Of a DNA stretch of 64,000 bases, positions 18,398 through 29,245 are shown piece by piece. Each line of letters starts with the position of its first letter. The stretch's first letter is position 1. The notes beneath the pieces are model-generated. The model saw only the letters and a program-made list of their open reading frames with translations, was not told the DNA's origin and searched no databases. The DNA is taken from NCBI GenBank assembly GCA_046290465.1, contig JBKAGP010000001.1:768001-832000 (forward strand), written 5' to 3'. Source of the DNA: Planctomycetota bacterium. GTDB taxonomy: Bacteria > Planctomycetota > UBA1135 > UBA2386. The position numbers and the translations under genes were made by a program.

Positions 18398-18643
18398 CTA
18401 GCTGAGCTTGCCGGTGATGTAGGTCACCGCGTCGCCGACGGTCTGGATCTTCTCGGCGTCCTCGTCCGGGATGTTGATCTCGAACTCGTCCTCGAACTCC
18501 ATGACCAGCTCGACGGTGTCGAGCGAGTCGGCGCCGAGGTCGTTGATGAACGACGTCTCGGCCGAGATCTTGTCGCGGGTCGTGCCCAGCTGCTCGCAGA
18601 CGATGTTGTGGACGCGCTCTTCGATGTTGTCGGTCTTCGACAC
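18398..18643 (-). CDS. acpP: Acyl carrier protein
   Basis: [23 protein letters not shown] start at 18643. Confidence 0.97.
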   Translation of the reverse strand: MSKTDNIEERVHNIVCEQLGTTRDKISAETSFINDLGADSLDTVELVMEFEDEFEINIPDEDAEKIQTVGDAVTYITGKLS

Positions 18644-18826
18644 TTTCTTTGCCTCTTGATGTTTTGGGTACACGACCGTGGCACAGGTCACGGTCAGGAA
18701 CTGGGAACGAGTGCGCCGTGGATACATCGTCCACGGTCGCGAGAGGCGGAAGAGAGAGCCGCCGAAGGAGTATCGAGGCCGCGATCTTAGCCCAAGACGG
18801 GCCCACGACCAAAGGGTTTGCGATCG

Positions 18827-19573
18827 CTACATGGTCATGCCGCCGTCCACCACCAGCGTCTGGCCGGTGATGTAGGCGCCGGCGTCCCCCGCGAGGAAGG
18901 CGACCGTGCGGGCGATGTCGGCCGGCGCACCGAAGCGCGCCAGCGGGATCTGTTGCAGCATCGCGGCCTTGTGGTCGTCCGGGATCGCCGCGGTCATGTC
19001 GGTCTCGATGAAGCCCGGCGCGACCACGTTGGCGGTGACGCCGCGGCCGGCCAGTTCGTGCGCGAGCGACTTGGTCAGGCCGACCAGGCCGGCCTTGCTG
19101 GCGGCGTAGTTGACCTGCCCGGCGTTGCCGGTCAGGCCGACGACCGAGCCGACGTTGACGATGCGGCCGCCGCGCGCCTTGGCCATCGGCCGGGCGAACG
19201 CGCGGCAGACCAGGAAGGCGCCGCGCAGGTTGGTGTTGACGACGTCGTCGAAGTCATCGTTCGACATCCGCATGAACACGCCGTCCTTGGTGATGCCGGC
19301 GTTGTTGACCAGGATGTCGAGCCGGCCCTTGTCGTCGAGCACGCCCTTCTGCAGCGCCTCGACCGAGTCCGCGTCGCTGACGTCGCAGACCAGCGCGTGC
19401 GCCGCCGCGTCGTTCTCGAGCGCGGCGATCTCCTCGAGCGTCGCGTCGCAGCCACCCGCGCGGGTCGACGTGCAGAAGACCTCGGCGCCCTGGCGAGCCA
19501 GTTCGACCGCGATGGCGCGGCCGATGCCGCGGGATGCGCCGGTGACCAGCGCCACCTTGTCCGTGAGAGTCAT
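18827..19573 (-). CDS. fabG: 3-oxoacyl-ACP reductase
   Basis: [31 protein letters not shown]. Confidence 0.96.
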   Translation of the reverse strand: MTLTDKVALVTGASRGIGRAIAVELARQGAEVFCTSTRAGGCDATLEEIAALENDAAAHALVCDVSDADSVEALQKGVLDDKGRLDILVNNAGITKDGVFMRMSNDDFDDVVNTNLRGAFLVCRAFARPMAKARGGRIVNVGSVVGLTGNAGQVNYAASKAGLVGLTKSLAHELAGRGVTANVVAPGFIETDMTAAIPDDHKAAMLQQIPLARFGAPADIARTVAFLAGDAGAYITGQTLVVDGGMTM

Positions 19574-19655
19574 GCTCGAGTCGTTGGTTGCAGGGTTGCA
19601 GGTGCCGGTCGGCTGCGGGGCTTGCTCCGGCCCGCGCTGCCGTGCCCGGCGGTGG

Positions 19656-20645
19656 TTACCAGCGGAACAGCGTGTGGCCCCAGGCCATGCCGGCGCCGAA
19701 CGCCGGCATCACGACCAGCTTGCCCTTCTGCAGGCGGCCGGCTTCGTAGGCTTCGCGCAGCGCGATCGGGACCGACGCCGCCGACGTGTTGCCGTAGCGG
19801 TCGATGTTGCTGAACACCAGGTCCATCGGCAGGCCGACCTGCTCCATCGCGGACTCGATGATCCGCTGGTTGACCTGGTGCGGGATGATCACGCCGATCT
19901 CGTCGGCGCCGTACTTCTCGACGACGTCGCGCACCAGCTTGGCGAACACGCGCACCGCGAAGCGGAACACCTTGGTGCCCCCCATCTTCATGAAGTGCAG
20001 CCGCTGCTCGATGCTCTCCGGCGAGGCCGGGTGCCGGCTGCCGCCGCCGGGTTGCGCCAGCACGTTCTCGGCGCCGCCCTCCATCGAGATCGAGCCGCCG
20101 AGGAACTCCCCCTGCTTGCAGAACTCGTGCGGGGTCAACACCGCGGCGCCGGCGCCGTCGCCGAACAGCACGCACGTGTTGCGGTCCTCGTAGTCGAGGA
20201 TCCGGCTGAGGATCTCGGCACCGCAGACCAGCACGCGGTCGTAGGCGCCGCTGGCGACCATATTGGCCGCGACCTGGCTCGCGAACACGAAGCCGCTGCA
20301 GGCCGCCGCGATGTCGAAGCCGCCGGCGTCCTTGGCGCCGAGGTCGTAGCCGATCCGGCAGGCGGTCGCCGGGAACGGCTGGTCGCCGGTGACGGTCGCG
20401 CAGATGATCAGCTGCAGGTCCTCGGGCGCGACGTTGGCGTGCTCGAGCGCCTGCCGCGCCGCGTTGATCGCGAGCGTGCTGGTGACCTCGTCGTCGGCCG
20501 CGATGCGACGCTCCCGGATGCCGGTCCGCTGGACGATCCACTCGTCCGACGTGTCGACCATCTTCTCGAGGTCCTGGTTCGTCAGCTTCTTCTCGGGCAC
20601 GTACCGGCCGAGACCTGCGATGCCGACGGGGCGCGTAGCTGCCAT
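19656..20645 (-). CDS. fabH: 3-oxoacyl-ACP synthase III
   Basis: DTSDEWIVQRTGI, AACSGF, PHQVN, YGNTSAAS, AFGAG. Confidence 0.96.
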   Translation of the reverse strand: MAATRPVGIAGLGRYVPEKKLTNQDLEKMVDTSDEWIVQRTGIRERRIAADDEVTSTLAINAARQALEHANVAPEDLQLIICATVTGDQPFPATACRIGYDLGAKDAGGFDIAAACSGFVFASQVAANMVASGAYDRVLVCGAEILSRILDYEDRNTCVLFGDGAGAAVLTPHEFCKQGEFLGGSISMEGGAENVLAQPGGGSRHPASPESIEQRLHFMKMGGTKVFRFAVRVFAKLVRDVVEKYGADEIGVIIPHQVNQRIIESAMEQVGLPMDLVFSNIDRYGNTSAASVPIALREAYEAGRLQKGKLVVMPAFGAGMAWGHTLFRW

Positions 20646-20727
20646 CACCGATTCTCCTCGCCCCACCGGGGCTCACTGATGGACGCGGTCGCCGCGTCCG
20701 GATGTCCCGGCACCGCCCTCGGGGTCG

Positions 20728-20762
20728 GTGCCGCCATGTGGATCCGTGCCGCCATGTGGATC
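20728..20762. repeat. 17-bp direct repeat between plsX and fabH
   Basis: GTGCCGCCATGTGGATC at 20728-20744 and 20746-20762. Confidence 0.8.
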
Positions 20763-20771
20763 ACGGCTGCG

Positions 20772-21809
20772 TCACGCTTGGGGTTGGCCGCTGGCGCTCT
20801 GGTCGCCGGACTCGCTGAGGTTCAGCGACTTGGCCGCCTGCACGATGTGTTCGTTGACCTTGCCTTCGAGCGCGCGGTTGGCGAACCGCAGCGCGTTGGC
20901 GAACGCCGGCGCGCGCGAACGGCCGTGGCAGATCGTGACCACGCCTTCGACGCCGAGCAGCAGGGCACCGCCGTACTCGCTGAAGTCGACGCGCGGCAGC
21001 ACGGCCTTCTGGACCATGTGGATCTGCTCCTGCGGGATGCCGGCCTTGGCCATCTCCTTGAAGGTCGTGCGCAGCAGGTATTCGGCGACGCCTTCGCTGG
21101 TCTTCAGCAACACGTTGCCGCTGAAGCCGTCGGTGACGACGACGTGGCAGTCGCCCGAGAACACCTCGACCCCCTCGACGTTGCCGTGGAAGCAGATCGG
21201 CATCTGCTGCATCATCCCGCGCGCCTCGAGCACCAGCGGGTTGCCCTTCTTGTCCTCGCTGCCGATGTTGAGGATGCCGACGCGCGGCTCCTCGATGCCG
21301 AACTGGCAGCCGTAGTAGGCCGAGCCCATCAGCGCGAACTGCGCCAGGTGCTGCGCCTTCGGCATCGGGTTGGCGCCGACGTCGAGCACCAGGAACGGGT
21401 GCTTCTCGCCCTCGATGATCGCTCCGATGCAGGCCTTGCGGATGCCCTCGAGGTAGCGCAGGCCGACCGTCGCCGCCGCCACCACCGTGCCGGTCGAGCC
21501 GGCGCTGACGAAGCCACCGGCGCGGCCGGCCTTCACCAGGCCGATGCCGACCGCGATGCTGTTGTTGCGCTTCTTGCGCAGCGCGTCGGTCGGCGTGTCC
21601 GAGCAGGTCAGCACGTCGGGCGCATCGACGACCTCGATCGAGTCCGGCAGTCCCGCTGCTGCGAGCGCCTCGCGGACCTGCTGCTCAGGACCGGTCAGGA
21701 CGACCTCGTCCGCCTTGACGTAGCCCTGCTGCAGCGCCAGCGCGACTCCGGCGATGGCTTCGGTCGGGGCGTGATCGCCACCTACTGCGTCGAGGACGAT
21801 TCTGCTCAT
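20772..21809 (-). CDS. plsX: Phosphate acyltransferase
   Basis: IVLDAVGGDHAP, SAGSTG, LDVGAN, LNIGSEDKKG, DGFSGNVLLK, YGGALLLG, CHGRS. Confidence 0.95.
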   Translation of the reverse strand: MSRIVLDAVGGDHAPTEAIAGVALALQQGYVKADEVVLTGPEQQVREALAAAGLPDSIEVVDAPDVLTCSDTPTDALRKKRNNSIAVGIGLVKAGRAGGFVSAGSTGTVVAAATVGLRYLEGIRKACIGAIIEGEKHPFLVLDVGANPMPKAQHLAQFALMGSAYYGCQFGIEEPRVGILNIGSEDKKGNPLVLEARGMMQQMPICFHGNVEGVEVFSGDCHVVVTDGFSGNVLLKTSEGVAEYLLRTTFKEMAKAGIPQEQIHMVQKAVLPRVDFSEYGGALLLGVEGVVTICHGRSRAPAFANALRFANRALEGKVNEHIVQAAKSLNLSESGDQSASGQPQA

Positions 21810-22131
21810 GTCTTGGGACCGGTGCGGCGAGCTGGGATGCGGGTCAAAAGCGGCGCGCCGGTGCGCCGCACGGATCCGCGGGACACCACGGGATCGCCGC
21901 GGAAGGAGGCACGTGCCGTTCGCGTGCGCCGTCGTCCGGGGTCGGGACGCCGGGGCCGCGGCAGGCCACGGGAGGGAGAGAGAACGGGTGCTCGGCCACG
22001 TCGGACACAACGGGACCGGGCCAGGCCGTGCGTCAGGATTCCGTCGTGCCCCGGCCTCGGAACCGGGTCCGGAGTGATGGCTCCGGAAGGCGTGCGGACG
22101 GAGACCGCGACGGGCGGGCCGAACCGCGAGC

Positions 22132-22320
22132 CTAGTTGCTCGGGTTGTTCGCGACCATGACCTGGCGGCCGCGGTAGTGGCCGCAGGCCTTGCAGATCGT
22201 GTGCGGCCGGATCATCGAGCCACAGTGCGTGCAGCGCACGAGTTGCGTGCGGGCGAGCGCCTGGTGCGAGCGGCGGTTGCCGCGCTGCGAGCGGCTGATT
22301 TTGCGCTTCGGAGTTGCCAT
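22132..22320 (-). CDS. rpmF: 50S ribosomal protein L32 (Zn-binding CxxC form)
   Basis: MATPKRKISRS..RRSH; CTHC...PHTICKACGHYRG. Confidence 0.96.
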   Translation of the reverse strand: MATPKRKISRSQRGNRRSHQALARTQLVRCTHCGSMIRPHTICKACGHYRGRQVMVANNPSN

Positions 22321-22472
22321 GGGAAGTGGTTGCTTGCGGCCCGCTCGGACGGGCGCGAACCGCCGCGCCGCCCCTCGGGCTGATTTGAAGGGGAAGGCAG
22401 GTTACGGACCGTTCTCGCGAAGTCAACGGCCGACCGGATCCAGATGGCCGCCCCCCGGCCCCCTGGGCGGGG

Positions 22473-25160
22473 CTACGGCCGCAGCCCGGCAGCCTGCAGC
22501 GCCGCCTGGGCGGCCGCGACCGCCTGGTCCTTCTTGCCGACGTCCTTGCCCTTGCCCTGGGCGCCGTCGGGCCGGCCGCCGCCGCCGCCGCCCATCAGGC
22601 CGGTCAGCTCCTTGACCAGGGCGCCGGCCTGGACCTTGTCGGTCAGGTCCTTGGCGACCGCCACCACCACCAGCACCGAGTCCGCGCTGCGGCTGACGAC
22701 GACGCCGGCCAGCGGGCCGTGCTTCTGCTGGGCTCGGTGCAGCAGCTCCTGCGCGTCCTTGGTCTGCAGGCCGGGCCGATCGTAGACGACCGTGTGCACG
22801 GCCGATCCGCCGACCTCGTGCGCGACCAGCTGCTCTTCGAGTCTGGCGATCTCGACGTCGAGGTCGGGAGCGAGCGCCTTCTCGAGCTCCTTGCGGGTCT
22901 TCTTGAGCTCCTGGGCCAGCTCCTGCACGCGGCCGGGCACTTCGGCGCCCGGGACCTTGAGCTGCGTGGCGACCGCCGCCAGCTGCTCGCGCTCGGCGCG
23001 CGCCAGTTGCAGCGCGACGCGGCCGGTGACCGCCTCGATGCGCCGCGTGCCGGCCGCGACCGCCCCCTCGCTGACGATCCGGAACAGGCCGATGTTGCCG
23101 GTGTTGCGCACATGGGTGCCGCCGCACAGCTCCTTGCTGAACTCGCCGACCTGCAGCGTGCGGACCTCGTCGCCGTACTTCTCGCCGAACAGCGCAACGA
23201 AGCCGTTGCTGCGCGCGTCGTCGAGCTTCTGCACGCAGGCGGCGACGTCGGTCGCGGCCAGGATCTGTTCGTTGACGAGCTCTTCGACCTGCTGCAGCGC
23301 GTCGGCCGACGGCTTCTCGGGCTGCGTGTAGTCGAAGCGCAGGCGCTCGGGGGCGACCTCGGAGCCGGCCTGGCTGACGTGGTCGCCGAGCACCTGCTTG
23401 AGCGCCGCGTGCAACAGGTGGGTCGCGGTGTGGTTGCGCTCGGTCGCGCGGCGGGGCTCGGCGGCGACCTCGAGCTGCGCGGGCTGGCCGGCCTCGAGGT
23501 GGCCCGACTCGACCTCGGCCTCGTGCAGGTGGAAGCCGTCGAGCGCGGTCGTGTTGCGGACCACGGCGACGCCGGTGGCGGTCTTGACGCGGCCGTGGTC
23601 GCCGACCTGGCCGCCGCCCTGCGCGTAGAACGGCGAACGGTCGAACACCAGCACGACCTTGGCGCCGGCATCGGCGCGCGGCAGCAGCTGGTCGCCGTCG
23701 CCGATCGGTGCCAGCAGCTCGCCGTCGGCGGCCACGTCGGTGTAGCCGACGAACGACGTCGGGCGGTGGCCCGCCTCACGCAGCTTGACCGCGACGCTGG
23801 CGGTGAAGACCGCCTCGGAGGTCGACGCGCTGGCGCGCGCACGCTCGCGCTGCGCCTCCATCGCCGCGTGGAAGCCACCCTCGTCGAGGCCGTAGCCGCG
23901 CTCCTCGATGACCTTCTCGGTGATGTCGATCGGGAAGCCGTAGGTGTCGTGCAGCTGGAACGCGAACTCGCCGCTGCCCGGGATCACGGCGCCGCGCGAA
24001 TGCGCGCCGAGGTTCTTGGCCAGGAACTCTTCGAGGCGCGCCATGCCCTGGCGGTAGACGCCGAGGAAGTTCTCTTCCTCGCCGCGGATCACGGCGCGGC
24101 ACTGGGCGGCGTTCTCGAGCACCTCGGGGTACTGCTTGCCCATCATCCGGCCGACGACGTCGACCATGTCGCACAAGAACGGCTTGTCGAAGCCGAGTTC
24201 GTAGCCGTCGCGCGCCGCGCGGCGCAGGATCTTGCGCACCACGTAGCCGCGCCCTTCGTTGCTCGGCAGAGCGCCGTCGGCGATGCAGAACGTGACCGCG
24301 CGCACGTGGTCGGCGATCCGTCGCATGCGGATGTCCTTGTCGGCGTCCTGGCCGTATTCGGTCCCGCACAGCTTGCCGACGTGCTCCAGGTACGGACGGA
24401 ACAGGTCGGTCTCGAAGTTGTTGGCGGCTCCCTGCAGCACGGCAGCGATGCGCTCGAGGCCGAGGCCGACGTCGATGTTCTTCTGCGGCAGAGGCTCGAG
24501 CTTGCCGCCGTCCCTGCGGTCGAACTGCGTGAACACGCAGTTGCCGATCTCGAGGAAGCGCGGCGCCGGCAGGTCCTCGAGGCCGGCGTTGCCCGGCAGG
24601 GCCTCACCCGGCGCGTTGTCGAAGTAGACCTCGCTGCACGGACCACAGACGCCGTTCGGCCCCTTGCTCGGCGCCTCGGCCGGCCAGAAGTTCTCCTTCT
24701 CGCCAAACCGGTAGACGCGCTCGGGAGCGAGGCCGATGTGCCGGGTCCAGATGTCGTGCGCCTCGTCGTCGTCGCGGTAGATCGTGACGACCATCTGGTC
24801 CTTCGGGATGCCGCAGACCTCGGTGAAGAACGCCCACACCCACGCGATGCAGTCCTTCTTGAAGTAGTCGCCGAACGAGAAGTTGCCCAGCATCTCGAAG
24901 AACGTGTGGTGGCGCGGCGTCACGCCCACGTTGTCGAGGTCCGGAACGCGCAGGCACTTCTGCGCCGTCGTGGCACGCCTGGTGTCCAGCGTGCCCTTGC
25001 CGAGGAACATGTCCTTGAACTGGTTCATCCCGGCGCCGGTGAACAGCAGCGTCGGGTCGTTCGCGGGCACGAGCGAATCCGACTTCATCACCTTGTGCCC
25101 TTGGCGGGTGAAGAACTCGAGGTAGCGCGTGCGGATCTGGTCGGCAGTCAGGCGATTCAT
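22473..25160 (-). CDS. alaS: Alanine--tRNA ligase
   Basis: DPTLLFTGAGMNQFK, HHTFFEMLGNFSFGDYFK, NHTATHLLH, ELCGGTH, GGGGGRP. Confidence 0.98.
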   Translation of the reverse strand: MNRLTADQIRTRYLEFFTRQGHKVMKSDSLVPANDPTLLFTGAGMNQFKDMFLGKGTLDTRRATTAQKCLRVPDLDNVGVTPRHHTFFEMLGNFSFGDYFKKDCIAWVWAFFTEVCGIPKDQMVVTIYRDDDEAHDIWTRHIGLAPERVYRFGEKENFWPAEAPSKGPNGVCGPCSEVYFDNAPGEALPGNAGLEDLPAPRFLEIGNCVFTQFDRRDGGKLEPLPQKNIDVGLGLERIAAVLQGAANNFETDLFRPYLEHVGKLCGTEYGQDADKDIRMRRIADHVRAVTFCIADGALPSNEGRGYVVRKILRRAARDGYELGFDKPFLCDMVDVVGRMMGKQYPEVLENAAQCRAVIRGEEENFLGVYRQGMARLEEFLAKNLGAHSRGAVIPGSGEFAFQLHDTYGFPIDITEKVIEERGYGLDEGGFHAAMEAQRERARASASTSEAVFTASVAVKLREAGHRPTSFVGYTDVAADGELLAPIGDGDQLLPRADAGAKVVLVFDRSPFYAQGGGQVGDHGRVKTATGVAVVRNTTALDGFHLHEAEVESGHLEAGQPAQLEVAAEPRRATERNHTATHLLHAALKQVLGDHVSQAGSEVAPERLRFDYTQPEKPSADALQQVEELVNEQILAATDVAACVQKLDDARSNGFVALFGEKYGDEVRTLQVGEFSKELCGGTHVRNTGNIGLFRIVSEGAVAAGTRRIEAVTGRVALQLARAEREQLAAVATQLKVPGAEVPGRVQELAQELKKTRKELEKALAPDLDVEIARLEEQLVAHEVGGSAVHTVVYDRPGLQTKDAQELLHRAQQKHGPLAGVVVSRSADSVLVVVAVAKDLTDKVQAGALVKELTGLMGGGGGGRPDGAQGKGKDVGKKDQAVAAAQAALQAAGLRP

Positions 25161-25326
25161 GGCTTGGCCCCCCGATCGGGAGGACGGCCGGCATGGCCGT
25201 CGCGGGGACTTCGGGGGCAAGCGTTGTAGCGAATCCCCCGGTCGAGCCCAAGATGCGACCTCCTAACGTCGCCACTGGCCATGTCCTCTCGCCATGGCGT
25301 CTGGCGAGGTCGTCTGGCCGCGTCGC

Positions 25327-26490
25327 CTAGGAGGCGCTCGCGGCCTTCTGGCCCCGCCCGCCGGCCCGGCCCGACGACTTGCCGTCGGCCGCCGTGCTCT
25401 TGGCCGAGCCCGCGCCGTCCGCAGGCTCGTCGCCGTCGCCCGGCTCCTCCTGCGGCTTCGGCATCATCTTGTCGAGCAGCTTCGTCTCGATCTCCTCGGC
25501 CATCTCCGGGTTCTCCTTCAAGAACTCGCGGGCGCGCTCGCGGCCCTGGCCGAGGCGCGTCTCGCCGTAGCTCATCCAGGTGCCCGAGCGGCGGATGATG
25601 CCCTGGTCGACGCTCAGGTCGAGCAGCTCGCCGAGGCGGTTGATGCCCTCGTTGAACAGGATGTCGAACTCCGTCTTGCGGAACGGCGGCGCCACCTTGT
25701 TCTTGACGACGGTCGCCTTGGTGCGCGCCCCGACCGGCATGTCGCCGTTCTTGATCGTGCCGATGCGCCGGATGTCGATGCGCACCGACGAGTAGAACTT
25801 CAGCGCGCGGCCACCGGTCGTGGTCTCCGGGCTGCCGAACATCACGCCGATCTTCTCGCGGATCTGGTTGATGAAGATCAGCGTCGTGTTGGTCTTGGCG
25901 GTGACGGCGGTCAGCTTGCGCAGCGCCTGGCTCATCAGGCGGGCCTGCAGGCCGACGAAGGTGTCGCCCATCTCGCCCTCGATCTCGGCCTTCGGCACCA
26001 GTGCGGCGACCGAGTCGATGACGATCAGGTCGATCGCACCCGACTTGGCCAGCGTCTCGCAGATGTCGAGCGCCTGTTCGCCGTGGTCCGGCTGCGAGAT
26101 CAGCAGCGAGTCGAGGTCGACGCCGAGGCGGCGGGCGTACTGCGGATCGAGCGCGTGTTCGGCGTCGATGAACGCGCAGGTGCCGCCCATCTTCTGGCAG
26201 TTGGCGACCACGTGCAGGGTCAGCGTGGTCTTGCCGGAGGACTCCGGACCGTACACCTCGATGACGCGGCCGCGCGGGAAGCCCTTGCCACCGGTGGCGA
26301 GGTCGAGGCCGAGCGAGCCGGTCGAGATGCCGTCGATCGGCGCGAGCGTGCGCTCGCCGAGGCGCATGATCGACCCGTCGCCGTAGTTCTTGTGGATCGA
26401 GGCCAGCGCGTCGGAGAGCGCCTCCGCCTTCATGGCCTCCTGCTTGCTCGCCTTGCCGTCCCCGGCCCTATCAGCTGCCTTCGATTTCAT
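25327..26490 (-). CDS. recA: Recombinase RecA
   Basis: [54 protein letters not shown]. Confidence 0.98.
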   Translation of the reverse strand: MKSKAADRAGDGKASKQEAMKAEALSDALASIHKNYGDGSIMRLGERTLAPIDGISTGSLGLDLATGGKGFPRGRVIEVYGPESSGKTTLTLHVVANCQKMGGTCAFIDAEHALDPQYARRLGVDLDSLLISQPDHGEQALDICETLAKSGAIDLIVIDSVAALVPKAEIEGEMGDTFVGLQARLMSQALRKLTAVTAKTNTTLIFINQIREKIGVMFGSPETTTGGRALKFYSSVRIDIRRIGTIKNGDMPVGARTKATVVKNKVAPPFRKTEFDILFNEGINRLGELLDLSVDQGIIRRSGTWMSYGETRLGQGRERAREFLKENPEMAEEIETKLLDKMMPKPQEEPGDGDEPADGAGSAKSTAADGKSSGRAGGRGQKAASAS

Positions 26491-26680
26491 CGTAGATGGT
26501 CCCTCCCACGGGATCGTCGGTGGTATCGCGCCCTCGGGCGCATGATCGGGAGCCTGACAGGAACCCGAACAAAGTCCAAACATCTTTTCTCGGCGCACCG
26601 GCCACGGGATTGGGGCCCGGGATCCGCCGCGGTGGCAGGGAATCGTGCCGAGGCGGTGCTGGGCTGCCCTGACCGGTGGC

Positions 26681-27334
26681 TCAGGCGCGCAGCCAGCCGA
26701 CGAACGCGTCGACCGCGCTGGCGGCCGGCCCGGTGATGCCGCCCTCGACCTGGCTGAGGCCGAAGAACACCAGCAGCAGCACCCCGAGGAACACCATCGG
26801 GTCGCGGATCGAGTGCAGCCAGCGCCGGTACGGCGGCACCAGGCCCGCCAGCACGTGCGCCCCGTCGAACGGCGGCAGCGGGATCATGTTGAACATCGCC
26901 AGCGCCAGGTTGACGTAGCTGAACACGAACAGGAACTGGCCGAGGTTCTCGCGCAGGTTGGCGTCGAACCCGCCGCCGAACGACAGCCACGTGGTCAGCA
27001 GCAGCGAGCCGAGCAGCGCCAGCAGCAGGTTGCTCAGCGGCCCGGCCAGGCCGACCAGCGCCTCGGCGTAGCGGCCGCGCAGCCGCGTCGGGTCGACCGG
27101 CATCGCGCCGAACGCGATCCCGAACAGCAGCAGCATGACCAGCGACGGCAGGCCCATGTGCACGACCGGGTTCCAGGTCCAGTGGCCGCTCTGCTTCGGC
27201 GTCGGATCGCCGCAGCGCAGCGCCACCAGGCCGTGCGCCAGTTCGTGCAGCGTGATGCTGACCACCACCGTCACCACGACGTAGACGAAGAAGTGCGGGT
27301 CGCTCTGCAGCCTGGTCAGGAAGATCCCGAGCAC
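26681..27334 (-). CDS. Site-2 protease family (M50) membrane metalloprotease
   Basis: [21 protein letters not shown]. Confidence 0.92.
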   Translation of the reverse strand: MLGIFLTRLQSDPHFFVYVVVTVVVSITLHELAHGLVALRCGDPTPKQSGHWTWNPVVHMGLPSLVMLLLFGIAFGAMPVDPTRLRGRYAEALVGLAGPLSNLLLALLGSLLLTTWLSFGGGFDANLRENLGQFLFVFSYVNLALAMFNMIPLPPFDGAHVLAGLVPPYRRWLHSIRDPMVFLGVLLLVFFGLSQVEGGITGPAASAVDAFVGWLRA

Positions 27335-27335
27335 G

Positions 27336-29156
27336 TCAGTCCTCCTGCTGTTCCTGCTGCAGGGCCCGCAGCTCCTTCAGCTTCTTGGTGTAGGCGCGGT
27401 TGATCGCGCGACGCCGCAGCTGGCCGAGCACCCGGTCGGGATCGTCGCCGTCGACCACCGGCAGCTCGTCGATCCAGATCGAGTCGAACGTCTCGAGTGC
27501 CTTGTGCAGGTCGTCGTCCGGGCGGACCACCACCGGCGGCGTCGACATGATGTCGGACGCGATCGCCAGCCGGTAGATCTCCTCGTCGAAGGTGTGCTCG
27601 CGCACGTCGTGCGCCGACACCATGCCGACGAACGCGCCGTCGTCGATGACCGGGAAGTAGTCCTGCCGGCTGGCCGCGATCACCCGCACGATGTCGCGCA
27701 GCGGCATCGACGACGTCACCGTCGTGACCACGCTCGGTTCGAATACGTCGGCCACCGTCATGTCGGCGAGCAGCGCCTCGACGTACTCGCCCTTGTGCGC
27801 CGGCGACAGCGCCCGGTTGCGCACCTGCTTCTGGTAGAGCGCGACCCGCCGCGACAGCAAGAACGTCAGGCCGCACACCCACACCGCCGGCAGCAGCAGC
27901 TGGTAGCTGCCGGTCATCTCGGTGACCATGACGATCGTCGAGATCGGCGTCTTGGCGGCGCCCGCGAAGAAGCCGCACATGCCGACGATGCACAGGCTGG
28001 CCGGGTTCTCGACCAGGCCCCACTGGTGGCAGACGATGCCGACGGCGCCGCCGACGCTGCCGCCGATCACCATGCTCGGCCCGAACACGCCGGCGCTGCC
28101 GCCCCCGCCGATCGTGAACGAGGTGGCCATCACCTTGCCGACCGCGACCAGCAGCAGCAGGCCGACGCCGCTCCAGCCCATCACGTCGCCGTCGAGCGTG
28201 CGCTGCAGCACGCCGTAGCCGCTGCTCAGCACCGCCAGCGCGCGCTCGTCGTCGACCAGCGCCCACGCGCCGAGCGCGATCGCGCCGGTCAGCAGGCCGC
28301 CGAGCGCCGCGACCGCGGGCCGCGGCAGCGGCAGCCGGCCGAACAGCCGTTCGGTGCCGTAGAAGAACCGCACGTAGAACCACGTCGCCGGCAGCAGCAG
28401 CAGCGCCAGCGCCGTGTACGGCAGCATCTCGAGCACGTTGCGGAACACGAACCCGTCGCCGAGCTGGAACAGCGTGCCGAACTCGCCGAACCAGCCGCAG
28501 AACACGCAGTAGGCGGTCGCCGACGACAGGAACGCCGGGATCACCACTTCGCTCTCGAGCTCGGCGTCGCGGTAGAGGATCTCGGCGGCGAACAGCGCGC
28601 CGGCGAACGGCGCCCGGAAGATCGCGCCGACGCCGCCGGCCATGCCGGCCGCCAGCAGCGTGCGGCAGGCCTTGTCGCCGAGGCCGAGCCGCTGGGCCAG
28701 GAACGAGCCGAAACCGGCGCCGATCTGCGCGATCGGGCCCTCGCGGCCGCCGCTGCCGCCGCAGCCGAGCGTCAGCGCGCTGCAGATGCCCTTGAGCACC
28801 GGCACCCGGCCGCGCACCTTGCCGCCCTTGTGGTGGTAGCTGTCGATCGCCGCGTCGGTACCGTGGCCCTTGGCCTCGGGGGCGAACCACTGCGACAGCA
28901 GGGCGCTGAGCAGGCAGCCGACCGCCGGCAGCACCAGCAGCCACCACCACGCGATCGTGTGCTGCTGGTGGTCGGCGAACAGCTCGACCTCGCCGCGCGG
29001 CCCCTTCGGCGCGTAGCCGGCGACGTCGACCAGCGCGAAGCGGACCACCGCCGCCGCCCCGTACTCGAACAGCAGCGCACCGATGCCCGACACCGCGCCG
29101 ACCACGATCGCCAGCAGGTAGATCGTCGGGCGGCTGCGCAGCGTGAGTTTCGGCAT
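27336..29156 (-). CDS. ClC chloride channel/H+ antiporter with two C-terminal CBS domains
   Basis: GHGTD, GSGGREGPIAQ (gating Glu), AIFRAPFAG, GVFGP, then a CBS pair; true start MPKLTL at 29156. Confidence 0.93.
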   Translation of the reverse strand: MPKLTLRSRPTIYLLAIVVGAVSGIGALLFEYGAAAVVRFALVDVAGYAPKGPRGEVELFADHQQHTIAWWWLLVLPAVGCLLSALLSQWFAPEAKGHGTDAAIDSYHHKGGKVRGRVPVLKGICSALTLGCGGSGGREGPIAQIGAGFGSFLAQRLGLGDKACRTLLAAGMAGGVGAIFRAPFAGALFAAEILYRDAELESEVVIPAFLSSATAYCVFCGWFGEFGTLFQLGDGFVFRNVLEMLPYTALALLLLPATWFYVRFFYGTERLFGRLPLPRPAVAALGGLLTGAIALGAWALVDDERALAVLSSGYGVLQRTLDGDVMGWSGVGLLLLVAVGKVMATSFTIGGGGSAGVFGPSMVIGGSVGGAVGIVCHQWGLVENPASLCIVGMCGFFAGAAKTPISTIVMVTEMTGSYQLLLPAVWVCGLTFLLSRRVALYQKQVRNRALSPAHKGEYVEALLADMTVADVFEPSVVTTVTSSMPLRDIVRVIAASRQDYFPVIDDGAFVGMVSAHDVREHTFDEEIYRLAIASDIMSTPPVVVRPDDDLHKALETFDSIWIDELPVVDGDDPDRVLGQLRRRAINRAYTKKLKELRALQQEQQED

Positions 29157-29245
29157 CGGGCCGACCACCTTTCCGCACCGGCGCCCCGAGCGCAAGCCTG
29201 CGGACCGGTCCCGGCCTGGGCCCGCGCCGACCGCGACCCGATCCG

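Noticed and set aside
16904..20645. Type II PKS or other secondary-metabolite cluster
   Set aside because: Canonical housekeeping fab order with plsX/rpmF; no chain-length factor or tailoring genes
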